Shown in pieces: positions 9,581-18,451 of a stretch of DNA of 23,815 nt. Position 1 is the first letter of the stretch. Every line of letters begins with the position of its first letter. A program made the position numbers and the translations under genes. The notes under the pieces are model-generated. The model made no database searches, was not told the origin of the DNA, and saw only the letters and a list, made by a program, of their open reading frames with translations. The DNA is from Lentisphaeria bacterium (GTDB lineage: Bacteria > Verrucomicrobiota > Lentisphaeria > JABSQK01 > JAWLHB01), in the NCBI GenBank assembly GCA_041690595.1, contig JAWLHB010000018.1:124001-147815 (forward strand), given 5' to 3'.

Positions 9581-10624
9581 TCAGAGGCCGGCGGCCTGGG
9601 GGGTGTGGCCGCGTTCGTGGAGGTAGTCGTAGATGCGTTCGATGATGTGGGGTTTCTCGCGAATGTTGCTGAACCAGAAGGACATGGCGGCGTCTTCCGG
9701 GGTGGCTTCGCACATGTAGCGGAAGAAGTCGAATTCGTCCTCGAAGGTGCGGTTCCAGGCCTGGGCGCCTTTCTCCTTGTGCATGTCGATGACGAGATGG
9801 GGGGCGAGGAGGGCTTTGCCGCCGAACTCGTGGGCGATGATGGAGAAGTCGACGGAATCGCCACAGGCCCAGTTGTAGCTGCGGACGTTCTTTACCTGAT
9901 GCACGTTGTCGAAGTATTGCTCGCGCCAGGTGCAGGAGTGGTAGTAGATCGGGCCGCAGCTCTCGGCGATGCGATTGACGTAGGGGAGGCTGAATTCGGC
10001 GTGCATCTGGGGGGAGACGAGGGACATGGTGTCGTCGGCGATCATGCAGCCGGTTCCCTCGGCCCAGATGAGGGGGAAGCCGCAGGGATTGTAGCGGTCG
10101 CCGGCGAGGCGCTGGAACTCGTGTATGAAGGCGATCTGAAAGTCGGTGATGTAATCGAGAAAACGGTGGACAGCTTCGGGTTGCTCCATAAGGCAGAAGT
10201 AGAAGGTCTCGTTCCACATGAGTTCGGCGATGCCGAGGGGGGACTGGATGTCGCAGCAGCGAACGCGGTCGCCTTCGGGGAGTTGGTGGAGAATCTGGCG
10301 CAGGTTGTCGAGGACGATGCCCGTCTGGCCGTCATGGATGTCGACGACGGGAAGGTCTTTGATCTGGGCGATATCCTTGATGAGGGGCTCGATCCAGATA
10401 CGGGTGTCGTCGATGGGTTTTGGCGGGCAGCCGAGGGCGAGGGGGAAGAGGCAGGTGGAGGCGCCGGGTACGCTGTGGGTGCGGGCGGGGGTCCAGTCCC
10501 AGCCGGGCAGATCGTTGAGGCGCTGGCTGGCGGTGGGGGCGCTGTTGGCGGAGTAGAAGCGGCCGCCGGTGGTGGGGGTGTCGAAGGCCTGTTGGAGGCG
10601 CTTGCGCATGGCATCGTTTGGCAT
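9581..10624 (-). CDS. Uroporphyrinogen decarboxylase / MtaA-CmuA-like superfamily protein, function unknown
   Basis: DIQSPLGIA, EQPEAVHRFLDYIT, IADD..SLVSPQMHAEFSLPY, YYHSC: pattern typical of UroD-like TIM barrels. Confidence 0.75.
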   Translation of the reverse strand: MPNDAMRKRLQQAFDTPTTGGRFYSANSAPTASQRLNDLPGWDWTPARTHSVPGASTCLFPLALGCPPKPIDDTRIWIEPLIKDIAQIKDLPVVDIHDGQTGIVLDNLRQILHQLPEGDRVRCCDIQSPLGIAELMWNETFYFCLMEQPEAVHRFLDYITDFQIAFIHEFQRLAGDRYNPCGFPLIWAEGTGCMIADDTMSLVSPQMHAEFSLPYVNRIAESCGPIYYHSCTWREQYFDNVHQVKNVRSYNWACGDSVDFSIIAHEFGGKALLAPHLVIDMHKEKGAQAWNRTFEDEFDFFRYMCEATPEDAAMSFWFSNIREKPHIIERIYDYLHERGHTPQAAGL

Positions 10625-10641
10625 AGGATGACCTTGTGGTT

Positions 10642-13017
10642 TCAGGGCCTGGAATCGAGAATGGTATCGCGGATGTCAGCTTTGCGAAGGATGGCGCCCT
10701 GGAGATTGGCCTCTTCGAGGCGGGCCCGGGTGAGGCGGGCACCCTTGAGATTGGCGTCGACAAGGGAGGCGCCACGGAGGTCGGCGCCGATGAGGTTTGT
10801 ATCCTGCAGGCGGGCAAGATCGAGGCACGCGCCACGCAGATCGGCACCCTCGAGGTGAGCATTGCGGAGGCTGGTATCGCGCAGGTTGACGCGCAGCAGG
10901 ATGGCGCCTTCGAGATTGGCGCGGTCGAAATTCTGACCGCTGAAGTCGTGGCCGGACAAGTTGGCGCGCTCGAGGTGGGCGCTCCGAAAGTCGACGCCGT
11001 CGAGGCGGGCACCGTCGAGAATGGCGCCGCGGAGGCTGGCGCCGGCGAGATCCGCGCCGCGCAGGTCGGCTTCGGTGAGATCGGCGTCGGTGAGGTCGCT
11101 GCCCTGGAGCTGGGCGCCGCGCAGGTCGGCATGGCGTCCGATGATGCCGTTGAGCCTGGCGTGACTGAGGTCGGCGCCGCGGAGTGGGGAGGTGGAAAGG
11201 TCGGCTCCTTGGAGGTCGAGCCCGGAGAGGCAGTCGCGAACCAGCTCGTGATGATCGATCATGCGGGCAAGCCAGGAGCCCAGATACTCGGTTTGTCCCG
11301 GGGCTTCGGGGATACCGGTGGCGAGGCAGCAGCCTTGCAGCGTGGAGAGCAAGGCGACCTGAGTGTTGAGGGCGTGGGCCACTTCATCGCTGAATCTGAG
11401 GCGGGGGACGCGATGCTCCATGGGCATCCCGCTGGCGATGATCTCAGCGCAGAGGGTGCTGAGGTGGCGGGGCCATTCGCGGCGCTGGTCCACGTTGGTG
11501 GCGGCAATGGCCTGCCGCAGCGCGCGATGGGCGGAGTGGGTGAGGGGGGCGGGGCCGGTGAGCGTGAGCCACTTGAGGAGCCATGGGAGCGGCTGGCGAT
11601 GCTGGCGCGGCAGGTCGGCGATCAGCTCGATGATAGCATGAGCGATGGCCTCCCCGTGTGGGGCAGCATGGTGGCGGGGTGCGGCGAGGCTATGCCAGCT
11701 CACAATGGCCTCGGCGCGACTCTCGGGCGGTTGCCGGTCGAGCTGTCGCAGTGCGGCCAGCGAGAGGGCGAGTGGGCGCGGCGGGATCCCTTCGGGGGGT
11801 CGTTCGGGCAAGCGCGGGCAGAGCTTCCGCCAGTTGTTCCAAAGTACTGTGGCTTCGTTGATCTGGAGCAGGGCGTCGGGATCTTCCCAGGCGCGGCTCT
11901 CCCCTTCGCCGGCGAGGGGCAGGAGCTCGAGTTCGACGAGCTTCCGGCCCAGTTCCGGCAGATCGGTGGTGACGAGTGCCTGCAGCCGCAGGCCGCGATG
12001 GTTGATCTGGGTCATTGCGCCGAGGAGGGCGGCAAGAAAGGCGTGACGGCGATTGAGGCCGACGGTGCCGGTGCCGGCCCAGGTGTCGAAGCCGTCGACG
12101 ATCAACAACATGCGGGGCGGGGTGGCTGGGCCCGCGGTCAAATCCTGGCAGCACATGAATCCGGCGAGGGCCTCCGCCACGGACTGAGCCGGCTGCAGTC
12201 GCCCCAGCTCGATAGCAATGGAGTCGGGGGCCTCGGCGGCGAGACGCACGGCGGCGGCGAAGCGACCTGATCCACTGGGGCCGCTGAGGACGCGCAGCGT
12301 ATCGTGAACATTGGGATGCTCGAGCCACTGACGAAGATCGGCCTGCAGGTCGACGACGCGGGAGTGGCCGTCGCGCCGCTTGAGGGCGGGTACGCGTACG
12401 GCAACATCGGCGAGGGCGAAAGGCGCCCCCAGTACGCCGCGGGCATGCCGGCGATTGCACGTGGCACGCTCACGCTGCCACGGAGATGCGTCGGCCTGCC
12501 CAAGGCAGGAATACTCGCGCTCGTGATGGTGCAACTCGCCATGAAGAGCGTCGGCAAGATAGGCGGGCAACCTTGCGGCGAGGCAACGGGCCGCGTTCGC
12601 GTCGAGTCCGCCCTGCACCGCCAGTCGTCGCACAGCTTCCGCCAGCAGGTCGGTGAGGGGTGAGGCGGCTGGATCGTGGAGAAGCGCCGTCGACAAGGTC
12701 AGCTCGGTTGAGGCGTCGATGGTGACGGCAGGTTCGGGGATGTTGCCGAACCAGTGGGCGGATTCCGCCAGCAGGGCGCCGATGGCGCGCAGGGAGGCCC
12801 GGCGCAGGAGCAGCCAGAGGACGACGCCGTTGCCGTCGATGCGGGTTGGCCGGATGGCGTCGACAAGGCGCTCGAACTGGCCGGGTATCAGGCGTTGCGT
12901 GGATGTCATGCAGCCGAAGAGCTTCTGGAGGGAGGCGGCCAGCTCCTCGGTCAGGGTGCTGTCCCAGGTGGCGATCGAGTGGGTGGCGGAGATGGAATAA
13001 GCTACGGGTGTGTCCAT
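10642..13017 (-). CDS. Pentapeptide-repeat protein with N-terminal helical region and degenerate NACHT-like P-loop domain
   Basis: LRVLSGPSGSGR (Walker A-like), LLIVDGFD (Walker B-like), ~38 pentapeptide units at the C-terminus. AAGGAG RBS; 10-nt gap after mnmE. Confidence 0.85.
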   Translation of the reverse strand: MDTPVAYSISATHSIATWDSTLTEELAASLQKLFGCMTSTQRLIPGQFERLVDAIRPTRIDGNGVVLWLLLRRASLRAIGALLAESAHWFGNIPEPAVTIDASTELTLSTALLHDPAASPLTDLLAEAVRRLAVQGGLDANAARCLAARLPAYLADALHGELHHHEREYSCLGQADASPWQRERATCNRRHARGVLGAPFALADVAVRVPALKRRDGHSRVVDLQADLRQWLEHPNVHDTLRVLSGPSGSGRFAAAVRLAAEAPDSIAIELGRLQPAQSVAEALAGFMCCQDLTAGPATPPRMLLIVDGFDTWAGTGTVGLNRRHAFLAALLGAMTQINHRGLRLQALVTTDLPELGRKLVELELLPLAGEGESRAWEDPDALLQINEATVLWNNWRKLCPRLPERPPEGIPPRPLALSLAALRQLDRQPPESRAEAIVSWHSLAAPRHHAAPHGEAIAHAIIELIADLPRQHRQPLPWLLKWLTLTGPAPLTHSAHRALRQAIAATNVDQRREWPRHLSTLCAEIIASGMPMEHRVPRLRFSDEVAHALNTQVALLSTLQGCCLATGIPEAPGQTEYLGSWLARMIDHHELVRDCLSGLDLQGADLSTSPLRGADLSHARLNGIIGRHADLRGAQLQGSDLTDADLTEADLRGADLAGASLRGAILDGARLDGVDFRSAHLERANLSGHDFSGQNFDRANLEGAILLRVNLRDTSLRNAHLEGADLRGACLDLARLQDTNLIGADLRGASLVDANLKGARLTRARLEEANLQGAILRKADIRDTILDSRP
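10645..11229 (-). repeat. Coding pentapeptide repeat array (15-nt period)
   Basis: LSGLD LQGAD ... LRGAD LAGAS ... LRKAD IRDTI; about 38 units counted by hand. Confidence 0.9.
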
Positions 13018-13027
13018 GGTCGCTCCT

Positions 13028-14383
13028 TTACTTGCCTATGCAGAACTTTCCGAAGATGGTGTCGAGGATGTCGGGCTGCAGGGTCTTTCCGGTGATGTGG
13101 CCGAGTGCGCCGAGGGTGGATCGCAGGTTGACGGCGAGGAGTTCGAACATCTCGGCTTCGACGATGCCAAGTGCCTGGTCGAGGTGCTCGCATGCCGCCT
13201 CCAGGTGCTGGCAATGGCGGGCATTGATGGCGATCTCGGGTTCGCGATAGTGGGGATGGCCCCACACCTCGGCTTCGATGCGGTCGAGCAGATCGGTGAA
13301 GCCCTGCCCGGTGAGGGCGGAGAGGCGGATGACGGTGGCTGCCTCCACGCCCGGAATCACGGCGTCTGGAAGGAGGTCGATCTTGTTGGCCACGATGAGG
13401 AGGCCTTTGCCCGCCAGCCGCTCGCGTGGTGGCGCCTGCGCCACGATGTCGCCGGTCACATCGATCAGCCAGAGGACGATCTGAGCCTGCTCGATGGAGG
13501 CGTAGCTGCGGGCGACGCCCAGGCGCTCGACGGTGTCGGCGGAGGCACGGATGCCGGCGGTGTCGACCAGGTGAATGGGGATGCCGCGCACGGTGGCATG
13601 CTCTTCGAGGGTGTCGCGCGTGGTGCCGGGGATCTCCGTGACGATGGCACGATCACGCCCCAGGAGGCGGTTGAGCAGGCTGGACTTGCCGGCATTCGGT
13701 GCTCCGGCGATCACCAGGCGGATGCCATGATGCAGAACCTCCCCCTCATGTCGATGTGCCAGCAGCTCGAGCAGATCCGCGCGCACCTCCTCGAGGCGTC
13801 GCCGGATGCTTGCGCTGGCCTCCCAATCGAGATCTTCCTCGACAAAATCGAGGCGCACCTCCGTCTCGGCGAGGATCCTGGTGACGGTATCGTAGGCGGC
13901 ATCGATGCGCCGTCCAAGGAGACCGTCGAGCTGGCGATTTGCGGCATGCAGGGCCATCTGACTCTGAGCCTGGATGATGTCGAGCACCGCTTCGGCCTGG
14001 GTGAGGTCGAGCTTGCCGTTGATGAAGGCGCGGCGAGTGAACTCGCCCGGCTCCGCATGGCGCGCGCCGGCCTGAAGGAGGGCGCCCAGGACGGTGCGGG
14101 CCACCATCGTCCCGCCGTGGCAGTGCAGTTCCACTACGTCTTCCCCGGTATAGCTGTTGGGGGCCGGCATGCTGACCGCGAGGCAATGATCTTCCGCCGT
14201 TCCACTCCGGTTGACGATCCGCCCAAGGGTCATGGTTCGCGGCGGCAATTCGGCCAGCGGCGTTCCGGCCCAAATCTTTTGACAGCTTGAGATGGCATGT
14301 GGTCCGGAGAGCCGGATGATGGCAATGCTCCCTTGCACACCCGTCGAAATGGCAGCAATCGTATCGTTCTGTTGCAAGCCCAT
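13028..14383 (-). CDS. mnmE: tRNA modification GTPase MnmE (TrmE)
   Basis: DTIAAIST, SYTGEDVVELHCHGG, GEFTRRAFINGKLDLTQAEAV, GAPNAGKSS, GTTRD, DTAG, NKID and C-terminal FCIGK. Confidence 0.98.
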   Translation of the reverse strand: MGLQQNDTIAAISTGVQGSIAIIRLSGPHAISSCQKIWAGTPLAELPPRTMTLGRIVNRSGTAEDHCLAVSMPAPNSYTGEDVVELHCHGGTMVARTVLGALLQAGARHAEPGEFTRRAFINGKLDLTQAEAVLDIIQAQSQMALHAANRQLDGLLGRRIDAAYDTVTRILAETEVRLDFVEEDLDWEASASIRRRLEEVRADLLELLAHRHEGEVLHHGIRLVIAGAPNAGKSSLLNRLLGRDRAIVTEIPGTTRDTLEEHATVRGIPIHLVDTAGIRASADTVERLGVARSYASIEQAQIVLWLIDVTGDIVAQAPPRERLAGKGLLIVANKIDLLPDAVIPGVEAATVIRLSALTGQGFTDLLDRIEAEVWGHPHYREPEIAINARHCQHLEAACEHLDQALGIVEAEMFELLAVNLRSTLGALGHITGKTLQPDILDTIFGKFCIGK

Positions 14384-14546
14384 CACCTGCTGAAAGTTGA
14401 ATTCTTGGCAACGGCTCTTACATTAGTCCCTAGGATAGCAAACGCTAATCCAAGCGTTCCCTCGCCTCAGCCATTTGCATTCACGCACCCAAGAGCGATG
14501 TGGCTGAGCATTTCTTCGCGATGATGAATCAACGATCAGGTGATGT

Positions 14547-15989
14547 ATGGACGGGGCCTTTGCGGTAAAGAGTCTGAAAGAGATCGACAAACGTCTGCGC
14601 AAGGTCTATGACCGGGGGGAGGAGGCCGCGGCGAAGAACAATCTGGGCTATGCGATCACCATGTTTCGGGAGCTGTTGATGAAAGAACCCGGACTGCTGG
14701 AAGTTCGCCAGCGGCTCCGCCAGATGCAGTTTCAGAACCTCGGGGGCAAAGTCTCGGCTTTCCACCAGATCGTCACCAGCATCCTTACCATTCCCGCCTG
14801 GTTCCTTAACATGTCCCTGCTGAAGAAGGGGGACAAGAAGAGCCTGCTCAAGGCGATGGACAATGCGGAGGGCATGCTGTCGATGGATTGTACGGCGATG
14901 CTGCCGCTGATGATGCTCGATCGCGCCGGTTTCGAGGCGGATCTGCCGGAGGTGTCGGTGCAGGCGCTGGAATGGGCGGTGCAGTTCTACCCAAAGAGCG
15001 TCTACCTGTGGGACCGGCTGGGCCAGGGCTATTCCGCGGCGGGCATGGGCAAGAAGTGCCTGGCCGTCTATACGAAGCTGAGCGAGCTGCAGCCGAACAG
15101 CGTGCGTTGGCAGGATGCCATGAAGGATGCAACCGCTGAAGCGGCCATGGACGCCGGCGGCTGGAACCGCGTGGAACGAGGCGAGGCGGACTATCAGGAC
15201 CTGATCCGCAACAAGGGAGAGGCTTCGCGCCTCGAGCATTCCGGACACACCTTCCGCACCGCCGAAGGATTGGCCCAGTTGATCGAGGCCGCCAAGGAAG
15301 ACATCATCGCCAGCGATACGGCCGACAACCGCCGCCGACTGGCCGAGCTTCTTGTGGAAGCGGAACGCTTTGAAGAAGCGATCGAGGCCTACCAGAGCGT
15401 GCAGGAGAAGCTGGGGTTGACCGATCCTGCCATCGAGCAGGCCATTCTCAAGGTGCAGATCATCCGCTTCGATAGCGGCATCCGGGAACAGGAGGCCCTC
15501 GCCAACGACGAGCATCTCTCCGACAACGAGCGCGAAGCCGCCCGCGAAGAGGCCGATCGTCTGCGCAAAAACAAGGTGCATGCCCTGCTCGACAGCATGC
15601 GCGATCGCGTTCGCCGCTTCCCGAACCAGGTCGAGGACCGCTTCCAACTCGCCCGCATGCTGATGGACGATGGCGAAGTGGACGAAGCCATCTCCCATCT
15701 GCAGAAGCTTCAGTCGCATCCCAAGCTCTCCGTGACCGCGACCCTCTATCTTGGCCGCTGCTTCTACAACAAGCGGGTCTATGACCTGGCGGTGGAGCAG
15801 TTCCAGAAGGTGATCGAAGACCTCAAGAACATGACCACGGTCAAGAAGGATGCGTATTACGACCTGGCGAAGACGTACGAAGCATTGGGGGACACCGAGC
15901 AGGCCCTCGCCTGCTACAAGACCATCTACGCGGTTGACACGAGCTACCGCGATGTGGGCGAAGTCATCGAGAACCATTACAAGGAATAG
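14547..15989 (+). CDS. Tetratricopeptide repeat protein
   Basis: TPR-like helical repeats (LGRCFYNKRVYDLAVEQFQK; YYDLAKTYEALGDTEQALACYK); AGGTGA SD upstream. Confidence 0.88.
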   Translation: MDGAFAVKSLKEIDKRLRKVYDRGEEAAAKNNLGYAITMFRELLMKEPGLLEVRQRLRQMQFQNLGGKVSAFHQIVTSILTIPAWFLNMSLLKKGDKKSLLKAMDNAEGMLSMDCTAMLPLMMLDRAGFEADLPEVSVQALEWAVQFYPKSVYLWDRLGQGYSAAGMGKKCLAVYTKLSELQPNSVRWQDAMKDATAEAAMDAGGWNRVERGEADYQDLIRNKGEASRLEHSGHTFRTAEGLAQLIEAAKEDIIASDTADNRRRLAELLVEAERFEEAIEAYQSVQEKLGLTDPAIEQAILKVQIIRFDSGIREQEALANDEHLSDNEREAAREEADRLRKNKVHALLDSMRDRVRRFPNQVEDRFQLARMLMDDGEVDEAISHLQKLQSHPKLSVTATLYLGRCFYNKRVYDLAVEQFQKVIEDLKNMTTVKKDAYYDLAKTYEALGDTEQALACYKTIYAVDTSYRDVGEVIENHYKE

Positions 15990-16061
15990 GCGGTACGACG
16001 CTACCGACTTCCCACAGCAAGAGCGGAGCGCGACCAAGCCTCCGCGATGCCAGGATACGCC

Positions 16062-17438
16062 ATGGCGGTTAAACCCAAGAGCACATTCTCCCAGCGCCTG
16101 CGCGACTGGTTGCGCCTCGACGACGCCAGCAGTACCCCGCAGCCCATGACCGAGATCATGGACATCGAGGCGCAGGGGCTGCGCAGCATTCGTCTGCCGG
16201 AAACCATCCGCGACCGCTACAAGGTTCTGCGCATCCTCGGGCGCGGTTCCTTCGGTATCGTTCTGCTCGCACGTGATCTGATGATTGGGCGCCTGATCTC
16301 CATCAAGCTCCTCTTTCACCGCCGCGAGAATCAGGAGATCTACCAGCAGTTCCTGCAGGAAGCGCGCATCGCCGGCCAGATCGAGCACCCCAACATCATC
16401 ACCATCTATGACGTGCATGAGGACCGCCGCAGCGCCTGCATCATCATGGAGTACCTCCCCGGCGGCAATCTGGGCACCATCCTCGACCTCGACGGGCCGC
16501 TCGACGAGGAGAGCGCCCTCGGCTACATGGTCGGTATCGTCGACGGCCTCCGCGCCGCACACCAGATGGGGGTCATTCATCGCGACATCAAGCCCCCCAA
16601 TATCCTCTTCGACCAGAACGGCAATCCCGTCATCTCCGACTTCGGTGTCGCCCATCTGCCCCTGGAATCCGGCGGGAAGCTCAGCGCCAACTCCGGCAGC
16701 GACGAGATCCTGCGCGTTGTCGGCACCCCCGAATACATGGCTCCGGAACAGATGGTCTTCGGCGCCACCATCGACGGACGGGCCGACCTCTATTCCGCCG
16801 GCCTCCTCTTCTACGAAATGCTGGCCGGGCGCCGCCTTTTCAACTTCGGCCGCGTGCGCAACATCGAAGAGATTGCCCGCCAGGTGCAGAAGCTGAACCC
16901 CAGCGAGATTGCCGAGTTCCCCCCGGAGATCTCACCGGGAGTGCGCGACATCATCGTCAAACTGATCGACAAGTCGCCGGCCAATCGCTATCCAGATGCG
17001 CGCTCCCTGCTCACGGCGCTGGAGACCGAGCGCGAGGCGATGCGTTCACTGGCCGTGGCCGAACCGATCTCCCTCAACAGCGAGAGCGCCACGACCCGCC
17101 AGGAGATGTACCAGGACATCCTCCGCCTCTTCCTGGTCGATGGTGTCATCTCACCGCCCGAGCGCCGCGGTCTGGCCAAGCGCGCCGAACGGCTCGGGGT
17201 TTCCCTGGATATAGCGCGCGATCTGGAAGAAGAGATCCGCCGGGAGCTGGGCCTGCCGCTTCTTCACGGCCTGGTGGAGTACGAGTCCATGGCCGAACGC
17301 CTGCTCAGCGACCGCGACTTCTCGGAGAGCGACAAGCAGGCCCTAGCCAGGCTGGCTCGCCAGTTCAACATCCCGGCCCGCGAGCAGCGCAAGATTCAGG
17401 ACCGCGTCATGCTCAAGTTCCACATGAACGAGAGCTGA
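16062..17438 (+). CDS. Hanks-type Ser/Thr kinase with C-terminal TerB-like helical repeats
   Basis: LGRGSFGIV, SIK, HRDIKPPN, DFG, GTPEYMAPEQ, DLYSAG. Tail LVDGVISPPERRGL / LSDRDFSESDKQAL. AGGA before ATG 16062 (alternative start 16047). Confidence 0.9.
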   Translation: MAVKPKSTFSQRLRDWLRLDDASSTPQPMTEIMDIEAQGLRSIRLPETIRDRYKVLRILGRGSFGIVLLARDLMIGRLISIKLLFHRRENQEIYQQFLQEARIAGQIEHPNIITIYDVHEDRRSACIIMEYLPGGNLGTILDLDGPLDEESALGYMVGIVDGLRAAHQMGVIHRDIKPPNILFDQNGNPVISDFGVAHLPLESGGKLSANSGSDEILRVVGTPEYMAPEQMVFGATIDGRADLYSAGLLFYEMLAGRRLFNFGRVRNIEEIARQVQKLNPSEIAEFPPEISPGVRDIIVKLIDKSPANRYPDARSLLTALETEREAMRSLAVAEPISLNSESATTRQEMYQDILRLFLVDGVISPPERRGLAKRAERLGVSLDIARDLEEEIRRELGLPLLHGLVEYESMAERLLSDRDFSESDKQALARLARQFNIPAREQRKIQDRVMLKFHMNES

Positions 17439-17452
17439 GAGCCGGCCCGTCG

Positions 17453-18361
17453 TCAGAAGCCATTCGCATGGATGGCGATGTCGAGGGTCTTGTGAAGATC
17501 GGTGTACTCGAAGCTGAAGCCACTCTCCACGAGTCTGGCCGGCTGAACCCGGAGACTGGCGAGCAGCATCTCCCGCGCCATATCGCCCAGCACCAGTTTC
17601 AGGAGCGAGGCAGGCACCGGCAGCACCGTCGGCCGATGAAGGACATCCCCCAGAATCCGGGTAAACGCCTCATTGCTCAACGGCGATGGCGAGACCAGAT
17701 TGACGGGGCCACTCAGTTCCGGATGATCGAGGATATGCTGCATGGCGCAGATCAGGTCCGGCAGGGCAATCCAGCTCATGTACTGCCGCCCGTTGCCCAA
17801 CCTGCCGCCGATACCGAGCTTGAACGGCCGCACCATCATCGGCAGCGCCCCGCCACGGCTGCTGACGACCAAGCCAAAGCGCATCGGCACCACCCGGATC
17901 CCTTTCTTGCGGGCTGGTCCCGTAGCCGCCTCCCACGCTTCGCAGACATCCGTCAGAAAGCCTTCCCCCAGCCCGCTCTCCTCCGTCAGCACCTCGTCAT
18001 CGCGATCGCCATAGTAGCCGATGGCGGAGGCCGTGAGCAGCGTGGCCGGGGGGTGCGGCATCTCCTCCAGGCACTGGCAAAGGAACTGCGTCGCCTTCAC
18101 CCGGCTGTCGAAGATCTTCCGGCGCTGCTTCTCCGTCCACCTGCCGGCGGTCAGCGGCGCGCCCGCCAGGTGGACGACGGCATCGCACCCGTTCAGCCCC
18201 GTCCAGTCCAGCAGCTCATGCTCGTAATCCCAGAACAGCTCGTCCCGCCGATCCTTCGGTTTGTCACGCACCAGGCGAAGAACGTCGATCCCGGCGCTGG
18301 CGCAGTAGTCACGCAATGCCATGCCGATCAGACCCGAGCTGCCGCTTATGGCGATCTTCAT
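17453..18361 (-). CDS. TIGR01777 / YfcH-family NAD-dependent epimerase-like SDR
   Basis: ISGSSGLIG, VVHLAG, SRV, ASAIGYYG, LGNGRQYMSWI, GPVNLVSP. Confidence 0.93.
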   Translation of the reverse strand: MKIAISGSSGLIGMALRDYCASAGIDVLRLVRDKPKDRRDELFWDYEHELLDWTGLNGCDAVVHLAGAPLTAGRWTEKQRRKIFDSRVKATQFLCQCLEEMPHPPATLLTASAIGYYGDRDDEVLTEESGLGEGFLTDVCEAWEAATGPARKKGIRVVPMRFGLVVSSRGGALPMMVRPFKLGIGGRLGNGRQYMSWIALPDLICAMQHILDHPELSGPVNLVSPSPLSNEAFTRILGDVLHRPTVLPVPASLLKLVLGDMAREMLLASLRVQPARLVESGFSFEYTDLHKTLDIAIHANGF

Positions 18362-18451
18362 CTTTTGTACACCACTGAGACAGATGTCAGGTTGCGGTTA
18401 TAGTAAAGCTGAAACTCTCTGCCCGTTCTTCTTCAGGAGGTTGAACAAAGC

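Noticed and set aside
10645..11229. CRISPR-like periodicity
   Set aside because: The 15-nt period reflects protein pentapeptide repeats; no repeat-spacer array or cas genes were seen in the window.
14387..14546. oriC next to mnmE
   Set aside because: No TTATCCACA-like DnaA boxes or AT-rich unwinding repeats seen, and the skew polarity is terminus-like.
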